64,000 bases of DNA, taken from NCBI GenBank assembly GCA_965372795.1, contig CBDVDR010000006.1, forward strand, positions 1 through 64,000, read 5' to 3'. How positions within the stretch are numbered: the stretch's first letter is position 1; the number at the start of each line of letters is the position of its first letter. This document shows, in pieces, positions 1-9,957 of the stretch. The notes under the pieces are model-generated. The model ran no database searches and had not been told where the DNA came from. It worked only from the letters and a program-made list of their open reading frames with translations. Source of the stretch: an uncultured bacterium. Its GTDB lineage: Bacteria; Zixibacteria; MSB-5A5; GN15; FEB-12. A program made the translations under genes and the position numbers.

Positions 1-1
1 T

Positions 2-799
2 GGTTTAATTTTTTATATAGATAGAAAAATCTTTTTCAAAGACTCTTTTCATATATTTTTACTTACTGTAATTCTTTCAACGCTTGGGGCAGCCTTTATT
101 TTTGACCCGAAACTTGGAATGCCCCGTGATTGGGATTTATTTGCTTATGTGGGTATTCCATTTTTAATATTCATGATGACTTTGATTTCAAAGATGAGAG
201 CGTCTATTCAAAGTAAATTACAAATTTTAATATTAATAATACTTTTAGGAAGTTTCTCTTTATTGCCAAGAGCAATCGGACAAAATTCAGAGGAAATTTC
301 TGAAGAAATAATTTTAAATTATGTAAATTTGGATAAATTTAAAAATATGAATCAAGTTATTATTCTGAACAACTATTTCAAAGAAAAGAATGATACAACG
401 AGGCTTGATTATTTGAAAAATTTCTGGAATGAAAATTATAAGCATTACGGATTAAATCAAACCGGGTTATATGCAATTGACAATAAAAAGTATAGCGAAG
501 CTTTAGGATATTTTAAACAAGCCGTTAATTATTACCCGGCTTATGTAGAGGCCTATTTAAATATCGGGAAAACATTTTACAAATTAAATGAGTGCGATAG
601 CTCTGTTTTTTATTTTGAAATAGCTTCAGGGCTTCGACCTCATAATTATTTCGCTAAACAATATTTGGGTTATTCTTATCTGTGTACCGGAGAATTGGAA
701 AAATCTGCGATAAATTTTAAAGAAGCTGTAATACTTGGCTGGAGTAAAATAGATTTTGACAAGGTCTTGACAGATAATCCAGAATTAAGAGATTTTTAG
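2..799 (+). CDS. Membrane protein with C-terminal TPR repeats, 5'-truncated by the window edge
   Basis: The frame of ORF 119..799 is open back to position 2 (GLIFYIDRK...DPKLGMPRDWDLF). Hydrophobic segments are followed by TPR-like repeats (ALGYFKQAVNYYPAYVEAYLNIG). Confidence 0.75.
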   Translation, partial: GLIFYIDRKIFFKDSFHIFLLTVILSTLGAAFIFDPKLGMPRDWDLFAYVGIPFLIFMMTLISKMRASIQSKLQILILIILLGSFSLLPRAIGQNSEEISEEIILNYVNLDKFKNMNQVIILNNYFKEKNDTTRLDYLKNFWNENYKHYGLNQTGLYAIDNKKYSEALGYFKQAVNYYPAYVEAYLNIGKTFYKLNECDSSVFYFEIASGLRPHNYFAKQYLGYSYLCTGELEKSAINFKEAVILGWSKIDFDKVLTDNPELRDF

Positions 800-805
800 T
801 GCCAT

Positions 806-840
806 CATAAAAGGCTGTAGAGTATCTACAGCCTTTTATG
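806..840. terminator. Probable bidirectional intrinsic terminator between convergent genes
   Basis: Perfect 16-bp inverted repeat CATAAAAGGCTGTAGA-gta-TCTACAGCCTTTTATG with A/T tracts on both sides. Confidence 0.8.
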
Positions 841-1016
841 AATATCTAATAATAATTATTTTATAACAATCGAAAACGCCGGCAGCTCAGATTCAACCAT
901 TAAAAATAAAAGCATCATCCTATCTGAGACTACCATTGAAATGCCCTCATGATATGATTTACCGTCAAAATTTACAAAGGCAAGCAAGTATCTTATACAT
1001 ATTAGTTCTCTTTTTT

Positions 1017-4000
1017 TTAATCATTGTTAATTGTTCCTAGTTTCGGCGCGAACCATTCATAAAGAATCGGAATCAAAACTAAAGTAAGAAAGGTTGATGA
1101 CAACAGACCAAACACAACCACAACCGCGAGTGGGCGTTGTACTTCGGAACCTAATCCGTGTGATAATAGTAAAGGAACAAGTCCAAAAATAGTTGTTAAA
1201 GCAGTCATCAATACCGGGCGAAGTCTCAACAATGAAGCTTGTATGACAGCATCTACAACTTTTAGACCATCATTACGCAACTGGTTTATATATGAGACCA
1301 AGACCAATCCATTTTGGACGGCAATTCCAAACAAAGCTATAAATCCGACCGATGCCGGCACCGACAAATATTCTCCAGTTATATATAACCCAAGCACGCC
1401 GCCGATAAGAGCTAACGGGACATTGATAAATATCAAGGTCGCACTACGCATCGAACCTAATGACATATACAATAAAATAAATATTAAAAGGAATGTAACC
1501 GGAACGATAACGCCTAATCTTTTCATCGCCCGTTCCTGATTTTCAAACTGTCCGCCGTACTCAAGATAGTATCCGGATGGAAGTTCTATATTCTTTTTAA
1601 TGATTTTCTTAATATCACCAATGACACCACCCATATCACGACCTCGAACGTTGCCAGAGATTATCCAGCGTCGCTGGTTTTTCTCACGGTTGATTTGGAT
1701 AGGTCCAATAATAGTTTTAATTTCCGCTACCTGTGACAGGGGGATCTGAACCCCTTCGGAGGTATGGACAAGCATATTGCTGATTGACTCAGGATCGTTT
1801 CGGTAGTTCTCGTCAAAGCGGAGATGGATACCAAAACGACGGGTATTTAAGAATATCTGCGAAATAACTTCTCCCCCAATCGCTAATTCGACAACTTCGA
1901 GAATGTCTGACACATTCACCCCATAACGGGCACATGCTTCCCGATCAGCCTCAATTTGCACTTGTGGCTGTCCGAAACTTTGTTCAGTCGATAAATCTAC
2001 CAGCCCTTCAACCGGTTCGATAAAATCTTTGATCTCTTCGGATATAGTGCGGAGAGTTGTTAAATCATCGCCATATAGTTTAATAGCCAGTTGTGTCTTA
2101 ACCCCAGAGAGCAATTCATCAAACATATTTTGAATTGGTTGAGTGAATACGAGTTGAATTCCGGGATATTCAGACAAAGCTTCATTCAACGCTTCAACAA
2201 GTTCATCTTTTGATTTGTATTTTTTCCATTCTTCCTGTGGATGAAGTATAACCTGAATATGAGAAGTATTTACCGGATGCGGGTGACTACCGGCTTCAGG
2301 TCTTCCGATCTTTGCGATAGTCTGTTTAACACCGTCAAATTTAATAACCATTCGTTCAAGCTTCATGATAGTTTCAGTAGCCTTAACAAGGGAGATTGAT
2401 GGCGCCATGGTTATGTTGATTTGAATCGCACCCTCATCAAGGGTTGGAATAAATTCGGTCCCAAGATGCGGTATCAAAAAGAGTGTTCCACCAAAAACTG
2501 TTAAGGTCACCGTTAGAACAACAATTCTGAAACGGAGCAGGATTTTTATAAATGGTTTATAAATATTTTTAAGTATTCGTACCAGAATAAATTCCTCTTT
2601 TTGTTTCTTTTTTAAGAGGAAAGATGCAAGTATTGGAGAAAATATCAATGCCGCTATAAGCGACCCCAACAGGGCAAAAGTAATAGTAAATGCCATTGGA
2701 GTGAACATCTTACCTTCAATATCCTCAAGAGTGAATAATGGCATGAATACGATTATGATAATTGAAACAGAGAAGATAATCGGACGGGCAACTTCGGAGC
2801 AAGCTTCTACGATTATTTCTTTTTTGGATTTATCTTTATTTTTTTCATCACTAAGAAAACGGTGAATATTTTCAATAATAACAATAGATGCATCACCCAG
2901 CATCCCAATGGCAATTGCAATTCCTCCCAGTGACATCAAATTGGCTGACATTTCAGCAGAACTCATAAAGATAGCAGCAATCAAGGCACACACCGGCAGA
3001 GCCAGAGCAACAATAAAAGCAGATCGGGCATTCCCCAAAAACAAAGCCAGGATGAAAACAACTAATAGGGCGCCCTGAAACAGAGCATCTCTCACAGTGT
3101 TAATAGCATTGTTAACAAGTGAGCTTTGATTGTAGTAAGGCACAAGATGTACGCCTGGCGGCAGAGATTCCTGGACTTCAGGAATTCTTTGGTTTAAGCC
3201 CTCGATGACATCTGAGGTGTTGGCCGCAAACAGTTTCATAACAATACCCGCGACAACTTCTTCATCACCATTGCGAGTCACAACACCACGCCTGATTTCC
3301 CGTCCAAATTCTACGGTGGAAACATCAGAGAGACGTATAGGTGTTCCGTTTATGACTTTTAACTGAATCTTGCGAAGTTCATCTCTCCCCTTGAGTAATC
3401 CGAGTCCTCTGACGAGATATTCTTCAGATCCAAGGACAAGAAATTGTCCGCCAACATTACGATTATTATTGGAAACGGCATCAATAATATCTTCTAAGCC
3501 GAGTTCATATTTATTCAGAGCATACGGATTAACTTTTATCTGATACTGAAGAACATGACCGCCCATGGATAGGATTTTTGTTACCCCGGGGACTGTCTGC
3601 AGTTGGTATTTTATAACCCAGTCATTTATTTCCCTTAGATAGGCATCAAGAGGTTTACCCTCGGTATTGACCATGCTGTCTGCTGAGAGGTAATACATGA
3701 ATACTTCTCCCAGTCCGGTAGAAATGGGACCCAGAGCCGGTTTCTCTTCCATCTCAGGAAGTTCATCAGATGCACTTGATAATCGCTCAGAGACAATCTG
3801 ACGGGCAAAATAAATATCAATGTCATCTTCAAAATACACATATATGACAGCCATACCAAAAGCCGAAGTAGATTTGATAAACCTTACTCCCGGCAAACCA
3901 TTCATGGCAGATTCGATGGGAAAAGTAATAAGCCTTTCAACTTCTTCGGGTGCCATACCATGAGCTTCAGCAAAAACCGGAACCATTACTGGTGAGATAT

Positions 4001-4118
4001 CAGGAAATGCGTCGGTAGGCAGACTTTTATATTCAAAAACACCAAGGGCTACTATACCTATCAGGAAAATTACCGCAACCAGACGGTTCTTTAGAACTAT
4101 TTCAAAAAAATGTTTCAT
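1017..4118 (-). CDS. czcA: CusA/CzcA family heavy-metal efflux RND permease
   Basis: 1033 aa; DAFPDIS, APEEVERLITFPIESAMNG, TM4 AIAIGMLGDASIVIIEN, RLRPVLMTALT and QRPLAVVVVFGL motifs. Confidence 0.93.
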   Translation of the reverse strand: MKHFFEIVLKNRLVAVIFLIGIVALGVFEYKSLPTDAFPDISPVMVPVFAEAHGMAPEEVERLITFPIESAMNGLPGVRFIKSTSAFGMAVIYVYFEDDIDIYFARQIVSERLSSASDELPEMEEKPALGPISTGLGEVFMYYLSADSMVNTEGKPLDAYLREINDWVIKYQLQTVPGVTKILSMGGHVLQYQIKVNPYALNKYELGLEDIIDAVSNNNRNVGGQFLVLGSEEYLVRGLGLLKGRDELRKIQLKVINGTPIRLSDVSTVEFGREIRRGVVTRNGDEEVVAGIVMKLFAANTSDVIEGLNQRIPEVQESLPPGVHLVPYYNQSSLVNNAINTVRDALFQGALLVVFILALFLGNARSAFIVALALPVCALIAAIFMSSAEMSANLMSLGGIAIAIGMLGDASIVIIENIHRFLSDEKNKDKSKKEIIVEACSEVARPIIFSVSIIIIVFMPLFTLEDIEGKMFTPMAFTITFALLGSLIAALIFSPILASFLLKKKQKEEFILVRILKNIYKPFIKILLRFRIVVLTVTLTVFGGTLFLIPHLGTEFIPTLDEGAIQINITMAPSISLVKATETIMKLERMVIKFDGVKQTIAKIGRPEAGSHPHPVNTSHIQVILHPQEEWKKYKSKDELVEALNEALSEYPGIQLVFTQPIQNMFDELLSGVKTQLAIKLYGDDLTTLRTISEEIKDFIEPVEGLVDLSTEQSFGQPQVQIEADREACARYGVNVSDILEVVELAIGGEVISQIFLNTRRFGIHLRFDENYRNDPESISNMLVHTSEGVQIPLSQVAEIKTIIGPIQINREKNQRRWIISGNVRGRDMGGVIGDIKKIIKKNIELPSGYYLEYGGQFENQERAMKRLGVIVPVTFLLIFILLYMSLGSMRSATLIFINVPLALIGGVLGLYITGEYLSVPASVGFIALFGIAVQNGLVLVSYINQLRNDGLKVVDAVIQASLLRLRPVLMTALTTIFGLVPLLLSHGLGSEVQRPLAVVVVFGLLSSTFLTLVLIPILYEWFAPKLGTINND

Positions 4119-4130
4119 TAGGCGTCCTTA

Positions 4131-5135
4131 TTAATGTCCGTGTCCGGCATGAGCATCAAGATTGCTGGTAACAATCTTTGCTTTTAGTTCAAAGGCGCCG
4201 GTTGATACGTATTTCGTACCCTCGCTAAGTCCGCCTATTATTTGGATGTGATAATCATCGTTGTCGCCAATGATAACTTCTACAGGTGCAAATTTATTGG
4301 GAGCCTTAACCACAAAGATAACGCTCTTCTCGTCAAGATATTGCACGGCATTTTTTTCAACCAAAAGAGATTCATTGCCGGAATCCATAGTAATTGTAGC
4401 CTGGACAAATGATCCCGGTCGCCATTCATTGCTGGAATTCGACAAAACAACCCTGGCTGTGGCACTTCTGGTCTTTAGATCAATAATAGGAGTGATGTAG
4501 TCAATAATTCCCGTAGTTATATTGTCTGTACCAATAGATTTTATGACAGCCGATACACCTTTTTTAATCCGATTAGCATCTTTTTGATAGACAGCCAGAT
4601 TAACCCAAACAGTGGACAAATCAGCAATTATATAAATGGAGTTTTCCTGTGACACGAATTCACCCCGAGTAATGTGGCGTTCAATTACCCACCCTGAAAT
4701 AGGAGCAGTAATTGAATAAGAATTCAAACTCTCATTACTCTCAATAATCGCTACAACCTCGCCAGCTTTGACATAGTCACCGACCTGAAAATTAGCTTTG
4801 AGAGCAATGCCAGCAAATCGCGGTGAAATATGAAGCAGTCGATCTTCATTAAACCCGATTTCTCCCGGTAATTCAATCTTACTTCCGATTGGTCCGGTCT
4901 TAACTTTTGAAAATGTAATCCCGGCAAGTTTGACAGCTTCTGATGATAACTCAACCGTCAAGCCACCACTTTGTTCTTCAGCATAACTATTATCATCTTC
5001 ATTATGAGTTTCTTCTACAGCTTCTTGTTCACTCGATTCATCATGGTTATGCCCATGTTCATCCTGAGCTAAAACTTCAGAAACGTTCCATGGTAAAAGC
5101 AGGACAACCAGTAATATTAATATTTTGCTTAACAT
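4131..5135 (-). CDS. czcB: RND periplasmic adaptor (CzcB-like) with a His/acidic N-terminus
   Basis: Signal peptide, HGHNHDE tract, lipoyl half-motifs (GDYVKAGE...ITAPISG), ADLSTVWV, and a C-terminal AHAGHGH; lies directly upstream of czcA. Confidence 0.88.
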   Translation of the reverse strand: MLSKILILLVVLLLPWNVSEVLAQDEHGHNHDESSEQEAVEETHNEDDNSYAEEQSGGLTVELSSEAVKLAGITFSKVKTGPIGSKIELPGEIGFNEDRLLHISPRFAGIALKANFQVGDYVKAGEVVAIIESNESLNSYSITAPISGWVIERHITRGEFVSQENSIYIIADLSTVWVNLAVYQKDANRIKKGVSAVIKSIGTDNITTGIIDYITPIIDLKTRSATARVVLSNSSNEWRPGSFVQATITMDSGNESLLVEKNAVQYLDEKSVIFVVKAPNKFAPVEVIIGDNDDYHIQIIGGLSEGTKYVSTGAFELKAKIVTSNLDAHAGHGH

Positions 5136-5138
5136 AGA

Positions 5139-6452
5139 TCAATTCTCCTTAGTGACATGTAAGGCAACGCCGGTAAGGCTTTCGAGGGCGATAATCTGTT
5201 CTTGAATTAACAGAAGCATGTCATTGTGTTCAAAGTTAATATCATTGAGAGCTCTTTCAGCTTCAAGTAGTTGTGTAAAAGGCACTCGACCAGCTTCATA
5301 AGCATTTTGGAGGATTCGATAAGCTTTATCAGTGGTCGGCAAAAGCATTGAATCCAAAATTGCGTGTCTTTCAATTTGATTCTCTAATTGTAAAGTCCGA
5401 GATTTAAAATTAGCAATGGCTTCAATTTTACTTTGCTCAATATTGTATTCTAAAGAAAGTTGTTGAGCATCTATACTTTTTCTTGTTCCCTGATTCCTGT
5501 TGAAAAATGGGAGAGGTAATGAGACACCGAAAAGATAGGATTTAGAATTATTTGATTCAAACCTTTTAAAGCCTCCACTAAATGTAACCATTGGACGAGA
5601 TTCAGCGATAACCAAAGCTTTTTCAGCCTGCAAAATGTTTAATTCGCTTTTCATCAGAATAATTTCCCGAGTTGAATCGACATAATCTGATATGAGTGAG
5701 ATTCGCTCAAGTAGTTCAAAGAAATTAAATTCTGTATCGACTAAGGCTCTTACACCGGAAGATTTTCTTTTTAAGAGATATGCCAAAGAAGCTTCGGTAA
5801 CGATGACATCCTGCTTAGCCTGATCAAGGGTTAATTGAGTCCTTTGTTCTTCAAGCTGAGCAAGAATAAGTTCTGATTGAAGAGCGGCACCCTTTTCACG
5901 TCTTAAATTGATGCTTTCAACAATTTCCTTTGCCAATTCAACAGATTTTTGAGCCAGCATGACTTTCTGCTGAGCATGGGCCAGGGTAAAAAATCGTTTT
6001 TTCGTTTCGAGATAAAGTTCAAAAACAGCAAGTTTAACATTAATCTCGGTAGCATCTATTTGAGCTCTGCCCACTTTTTTTCTGGCATTTCTTTGCCCAA
6101 AGAAATCAAATTCCTGAGCGATCGAGACGGTCAATTCGGATTCTTTGAACCCCAGTGCGTCCCATCCAAACTCTTCTATTTCAATTCCTAACTCCGGGTT
6201 CGGTCGGAGTCCGACTTGTTCCAAATTATTTTTCGCTGATTGAATCTTATAGAAATAAGATTTAAACATAGAATTTTGAGCAGCAACAAGATTTAGAATA
6301 TCATCAAGCGATAAAACAGAATCAATTGATTCTATATTACTATCAGTCGTGTCAAACGGCGCTTTCCAATAGTCCGCTGCATGGATATAAGACGACAACA
6401 TTACAATAAGAATAATAATATAAGCCGTTGTCTGTTGTTTATTTCCTTTCAT
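5139..6452 (-). CDS. czcC: TolC/CzcC family outer membrane efflux protein
   Basis: RPNPEL, GVSLPLPFFNRNQG and AYEAGRVPFTQLLEAER motifs; same operon as czcBA. Confidence 0.88.
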   Translation of the reverse strand: MKGNKQQTTAYIIILIVMLSSYIHAADYWKAPFDTTDSNIESIDSVLSLDDILNLVAAQNSMFKSYFYKIQSAKNNLEQVGLRPNPELGIEIEEFGWDALGFKESELTVSIAQEFDFFGQRNARKKVGRAQIDATEINVKLAVFELYLETKKRFFTLAHAQQKVMLAQKSVELAKEIVESINLRREKGAALQSELILAQLEEQRTQLTLDQAKQDVIVTEASLAYLLKRKSSGVRALVDTEFNFFELLERISLISDYVDSTREIILMKSELNILQAEKALVIAESRPMVTFSGGFKRFESNNSKSYLFGVSLPLPFFNRNQGTRKSIDAQQLSLEYNIEQSKIEAIANFKSRTLQLENQIERHAILDSMLLPTTDKAYRILQNAYEAGRVPFTQLLEAERALNDINFEHNDMLLLIQEQIIALESLTGVALHVTKEN

Positions 6453-6544
6453 CTACATTTCTCCAATGATGTTAATGTTTTCCTCATTAATGCTTTTATA
6501 GCATGATGATGGATAATTATTAAGAAGTTAGAAAAAAGAAAGAA

Positions 6545-6997
6545 TCAACAGCGGAGGACAGTTGGTTTTGTATATAAGATTGGGGGGCTTAAACTATACA
6601 GGTGGTCAAAATCACTGCTAAGTATATTTTTATGAACTGGTTTTGTTAAGGCGCTGAGGCTGTTAACTAATGGTGCATAGGATGATTTGAGTAGTTTGTT
6701 AAAATCAACTCTTGAAGTGCGTTTTGACCATAAATGATTATCAACCTCGACATCAGAACAGTTTGAACAATCATTATGTTTTTCATGCTGGGTATGTTGG
6801 CTATCAGAAATATTAAGCGAACCATTTTGTTCTGATTGAGTTTCAGTTTCAGTACAACTGGTAAGACAAATTGTTTCTAATTCAAAATGTCCATCTTCTC
6901 CGATACAGATGATATCAGCATATCCGGAAAAAATGACTCCGTTTAAAAAGAGAAGACAGAATGTAATGACTATTATCTTTTTAAGCCTTAATTTCAT
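6545..6997 (-). CDS. Small exported Cys/His-rich protein (CzcI-like position)
   Basis: N-terminal hydrophobic segment, ICIGEDGH, CxxxC, HTQHEKHNDCSNCSD, C-terminal TVLRC; first gene of the czc operon. Confidence 0.65.
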   Translation of the reverse strand: MKLRLKKIIVITFCLLFLNGVIFSGYADIICIGEDGHFELETICLTSCTETETQSEQNGSLNISDSQHTQHEKHNDCSNCSDVEVDNHLWSKRTSRVDFNKLLKSSYAPLVNSLSALTKPVHKNILSSDFDHLYSLSPPILYTKPTVLRC

Positions 6998-7004
6998 ATC
7001 AGCA

Positions 7005-7033
7005 AGTATAAGTCCGAATTATAAAATTGTCAA
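7005..7033 (-). promoter_or_regulatory. Sigma70-type promoter of the czc operon, likely giving a leaderless first gene
   Basis: TTGACA-17 nt-TATACT, then 7 nt to the ATG at 6997; no SD sequence. Confidence 0.7.
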
Positions 7034-7116
7034 TTTTTTCTCTTATACTATTATTAATCTGTTTAGATAATAGAATTCAAGAATAATATTTTAAATGAAT
7101 AATGAAAAAATAAAAA

Positions 7117-7189
7117 TGGAGCCTACCAGGATCGAACTGGTGACCTCTTGACTGCCAGTCAAGCGCTCTCCCAACTGAGCTAAGGCCCC
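7117..7189 (-). tRNA. tRNA-Ala(GGC)
   Basis: Reverse complement GGGGCCTTAGCTCAGTTGGGAGAGCGCTTGACTGGCAGTCAAGAGGTCACCAGTTCGATCCTGGTAGGCTCCA forms a cloverleaf with anticodon GGC and a G3:U70 pair; CCA is not encoded. Confidence 0.97.
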
Positions 7190-7205
7190 ATCAATTAGAT
7201 TTTCT

Positions 7206-7234
7206 ATATTAGTTAGATCATCGGCTAATGTCAA
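7206..7234 (-). promoter_or_regulatory. Sigma70-type promoter for tRNA-Ala
   Basis: TTGACA-17 nt-TAATAT, 16 nt upstream of the tRNA 5' end. Confidence 0.7.
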
Positions 7235-7248
7235 TATATTTATTAGGG

Positions 7249-8643
7249 CTAGACAGTATTTTTTCGAACCAGGCAAAAAGGCAAACCTAAGGCGGCTATA
7301 GCTATAGCTACATAGGCGACATTTTGATAGCTTTGAACAAAAGCAGTTGTTATTTCTGCCCCTGGTAAGTAGATCGAGTTGAAGTATGTAAACAATCCGG
7401 TAGCTAAAGCAATTCCAAAAGACATTCCGATATTTCTTGTGGTGCCGATAATTCCTGATGCAATTGTTCTTTGTTGGGGAGTCACTGAACCCATTAGAGC
7501 AGAAGAATTGGGTGTATTAAAAATACCAACACCGACTCCAACCAGAATCAATGAATTTATAATGTGCATTACCGGGGAGTCGACTTTGATATTACTCAAT
7601 AAATAAAGCCCTGAAATCAATAATAACAGCCCCAGACTGGTTAAAAACCGGTATCCGATCTTATCAGACAATTTCCCGGAAATCGGGGCAAAAATAAACA
7701 TAGAAATCGGAAGGATCATTAAATACAAACCTACCGATTTTGGTTCTAAAAATTTGACCTGTTCCAGATAAAATGGGACCAGAATCAAAACACCAGACAT
7801 CGCTATAAACATTGTTAGCATTGATATAATTGAGGTTGTAAATTGACGGTTGCTAAAAATATCGATTCCTATCAGTGCTTTTTCAGGATTTGATTCAATC
7901 CGATAAAAGGCATAGACTGAGATAATCGTTAGAATAAAGAGTCCCCAAATTCGAAAATCTGATATTGGGTACTTTATAAAGATTGAGGTTAATAACATTC
8001 CAGCCAGCAGTCCAACAGAAATAGCAAAAGCCCCAATTAATGGAACTTTTCTTCCGGAAATTTTTGGTTTCAAGACTTTGAAATATTTAAATGTTAGAGC
8101 CAGTCCAATTAATCCAATGGGTATATTTATAATAAAAATAGATTGCCATGACCAGATACTTAGAAGAAATCCCCCAAGAGGCGGACCACACATTAAACCG
8201 GCGGAAACCATCATTACCATCAGACCAATCCCTTTACCTCTTTGCTTGGAAGGGAAAACTTCGGTAATCATCCCGGGACCAACCGCTTGAACCATTGATG
8301 CCCCGATTGCCTGAACTACTCTCCCGATTAAAAGCATAGTGATAGAGCTGCTGAAAGCACAAATAATTGAACCTGAAGTAAAAAATATGTAGCCGAATTT
8401 ATAAGCAAAATCGTACCCTTTTCGAGATGCCCAGGCACCAAAGACCATTAATAAAGTCACCAGAGTCAGAGAATATGCCAAGACAACCCAGGCGACAATA
8501 TCTATATTAACGTTGAATTCTTTGGCAATTGTAGGCAAAGCGACATTTAAAATTGACCCATCGAGGGTCGCCATGAAGGTACCAATTGCCCCAACAGTGA
8601 ATAATTTGTAACGATTCGGCGTTATTTTATCCTCAATAGCCAT
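7249..8643 (-). CDS. MFS drug:H+ antiporter (DHA2/EmrB-QacA-like)
   Basis: GTFMATLDGSILNVALPTI, GRVVQAIG, WQSIFIINIPIG motifs and about 14 TM segments. Start moved to ATG 8643, which follows a GAGG SD. Confidence 0.88.
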   Translation of the reverse strand: MAIEDKITPNRYKLFTVGAIGTFMATLDGSILNVALPTIAKEFNVNIDIVAWVVLAYSLTLVTLLMVFGAWASRKGYDFAYKFGYIFFTSGSIICAFSSSITMLLIGRVVQAIGASMVQAVGPGMITEVFPSKQRGKGIGLMVMMVSAGLMCGPPLGGFLLSIWSWQSIFIINIPIGLIGLALTFKYFKVLKPKISGRKVPLIGAFAISVGLLAGMLLTSIFIKYPISDFRIWGLFILTIISVYAFYRIESNPEKALIGIDIFSNRQFTTSIISMLTMFIAMSGVLILVPFYLEQVKFLEPKSVGLYLMILPISMFIFAPISGKLSDKIGYRFLTSLGLLLLISGLYLLSNIKVDSPVMHIINSLILVGVGVGIFNTPNSSALMGSVTPQQRTIASGIIGTTRNIGMSFGIALATGLFTYFNSIYLPGAEITTAFVQSYQNVAYVAIAIAALGLPFCLVRKNTV

Positions 8644-8792
8644 TAATGCCTCATAAGTCGTTGAATAAAAAAAGATTGACAAACTTGAAGTTCACCATAA
8701 TCTTAAAACAATGTACCGTCAACAAACAATTGAGCATAATAATATTACACAGTATTTGACAGTATCACGTCAGATAATTAAGAAAACGGGAT

Positions 8793-9368
8793 ATGAATAA
8801 AACAGTTCCCGAATTAGTAAAAGAGTTTGTTGAAGGAGATCAGCTTGCATTTGCAGAGTTGATGAGAAGGTATCGTAAGAAGTTGTACAGCATTGCTTTT
8901 CAAATGCTTCAAAATCATCTTGATGCCGATGAAGTCGTTCAGGAAACTTTTGTAAGGATTTACAAACGTAGAAAGGAACTTGATAATGTAAATTATTTTT
9001 CAACATTCCTGACCAGAATAGCCACCAACTATTCTATTGATCTATTGCGGAAACGAAAAAGCCGCCGGGGTGTAACTGAAGATACTTCAACCCTGCCCGG
9101 GCATATCCAACTTGATCTGGCAAAAAGAATCAAAACCCCTCAACAGGAATTTGAAAATAAGAAATTGATGGAGGAGATATACAAGGCGCTTGAACATTTA
9201 CCACCAAAACAGCGTACAACAATTTTATTGCATGACATTGAAGGTTACAGCAAAACAGAGATAGCCAATGTATTTGACTGTCCAGAAGCAACGGTTCGTT
9301 CAAATCTCCACATCGCTCGTACAAAATTAAGAAAATTATTAAAACATCGACTCGGTAATAAGGAGTAA
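8793..9368 (+). CDS. ECF (sigma-70 group 4) RNA polymerase sigma factor
   Basis: Region 2 DADEVVQETFVRIY, FSTFLTRIATNYSIDLLRK; region 4 LPPKQR...EIANVFDCPEATVRSNLHIAR. Confidence 0.92.
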   Translation: MNKTVPELVKEFVEGDQLAFAELMRRYRKKLYSIAFQMLQNHLDADEVVQETFVRIYKRRKELDNVNYFSTFLTRIATNYSIDLLRKRKSRRGVTEDTSTLPGHIQLDLAKRIKTPQQEFENKKLMEEIYKALEHLPPKQRTTILLHDIEGYSKTEIANVFDCPEATVRSNLHIARTKLRKLLKHRLGNKE

Positions 9369-9371
9369 TGA

Positions 9372-9941
9372 ATGACTTGCCGCCATACAATGTCACTCCT
9401 TGAGAAATTTGTCGATAAAGAGTTGGATCAAATCCAACTAAGCGAAATAGAGCAGCATTTAGATTCTTGTTTAGAATGTAATTCTGAATTTCGCGAGGCG
9501 ACAAGACTTAAGGAGATGATGACAAATATAAAAGTTTCTCTTCCCGGAGAAATTTATTGGAATGAAACGACCGATTTGATTCTTGCCAAAATTGAGAATC
9601 CTATTCCCCGAGATCATAGTAACCAGAGAACTTATGATGTCACTCAGACAAAACATTCGCTTCTCAGAGCTGTGGTTTCTTTTGGAGTTTCTCTTTTAGT
9701 ACTGTTTTCAGCAATCTGGATCGGTTCATTTCAAGAGCCCAATTTGACAATTATTTCAAATGACGATCAAAAAATATTTGTCACCACTTCCCTGTTGAAT
9801 TTAAATAAAAATTCGAATTATACTGTCTTGACCAAGGAAGAACAGACACGTTTAACCAGAGGCATGCTCATGATTGGGGCACCGGGGTATCTTGGCCGCA
9901 GTGCAATGATTATGGACCTTGTATCTTTAGCGAGTAAATGA
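9372..9941 (+). CDS. Zinc-binding (ZAS/zf-HC2) transmembrane anti-sigma factor
   Basis: HxxxCxxC motif (HLDSCLEC), one TM segment, directly downstream of the ECF gene. Confidence 0.85.
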   Translation: MTCRHTMSLLEKFVDKELDQIQLSEIEQHLDSCLECNSEFREATRLKEMMTNIKVSLPGEIYWNETTDLILAKIENPIPRDHSNQRTYDVTQTKHSLLRAVVSFGVSLLVLFSAIWIGSFQEPNLTIISNDDQKIFVTTSLLNLNKNSNYTVLTKEEQTRLTRGMLMIGAPGYLGRSAMIMDLVSLASK

Positions 9942-9957
9942 CAATAAAGGAGTAATT

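Noticed and set aside
965..1000. Minus-strand mini-ORF MYKILACLCKF after czcA
   Set aside because: Only 11 codons with a weak SD; UGA readthrough meets TAA two codons later, so there is no support for selenocysteine.
7091..7276. 61-aa ORF on the minus strand
   Set aside because: It runs through the tRNA-Ala gene and its promoter, so it is spurious.
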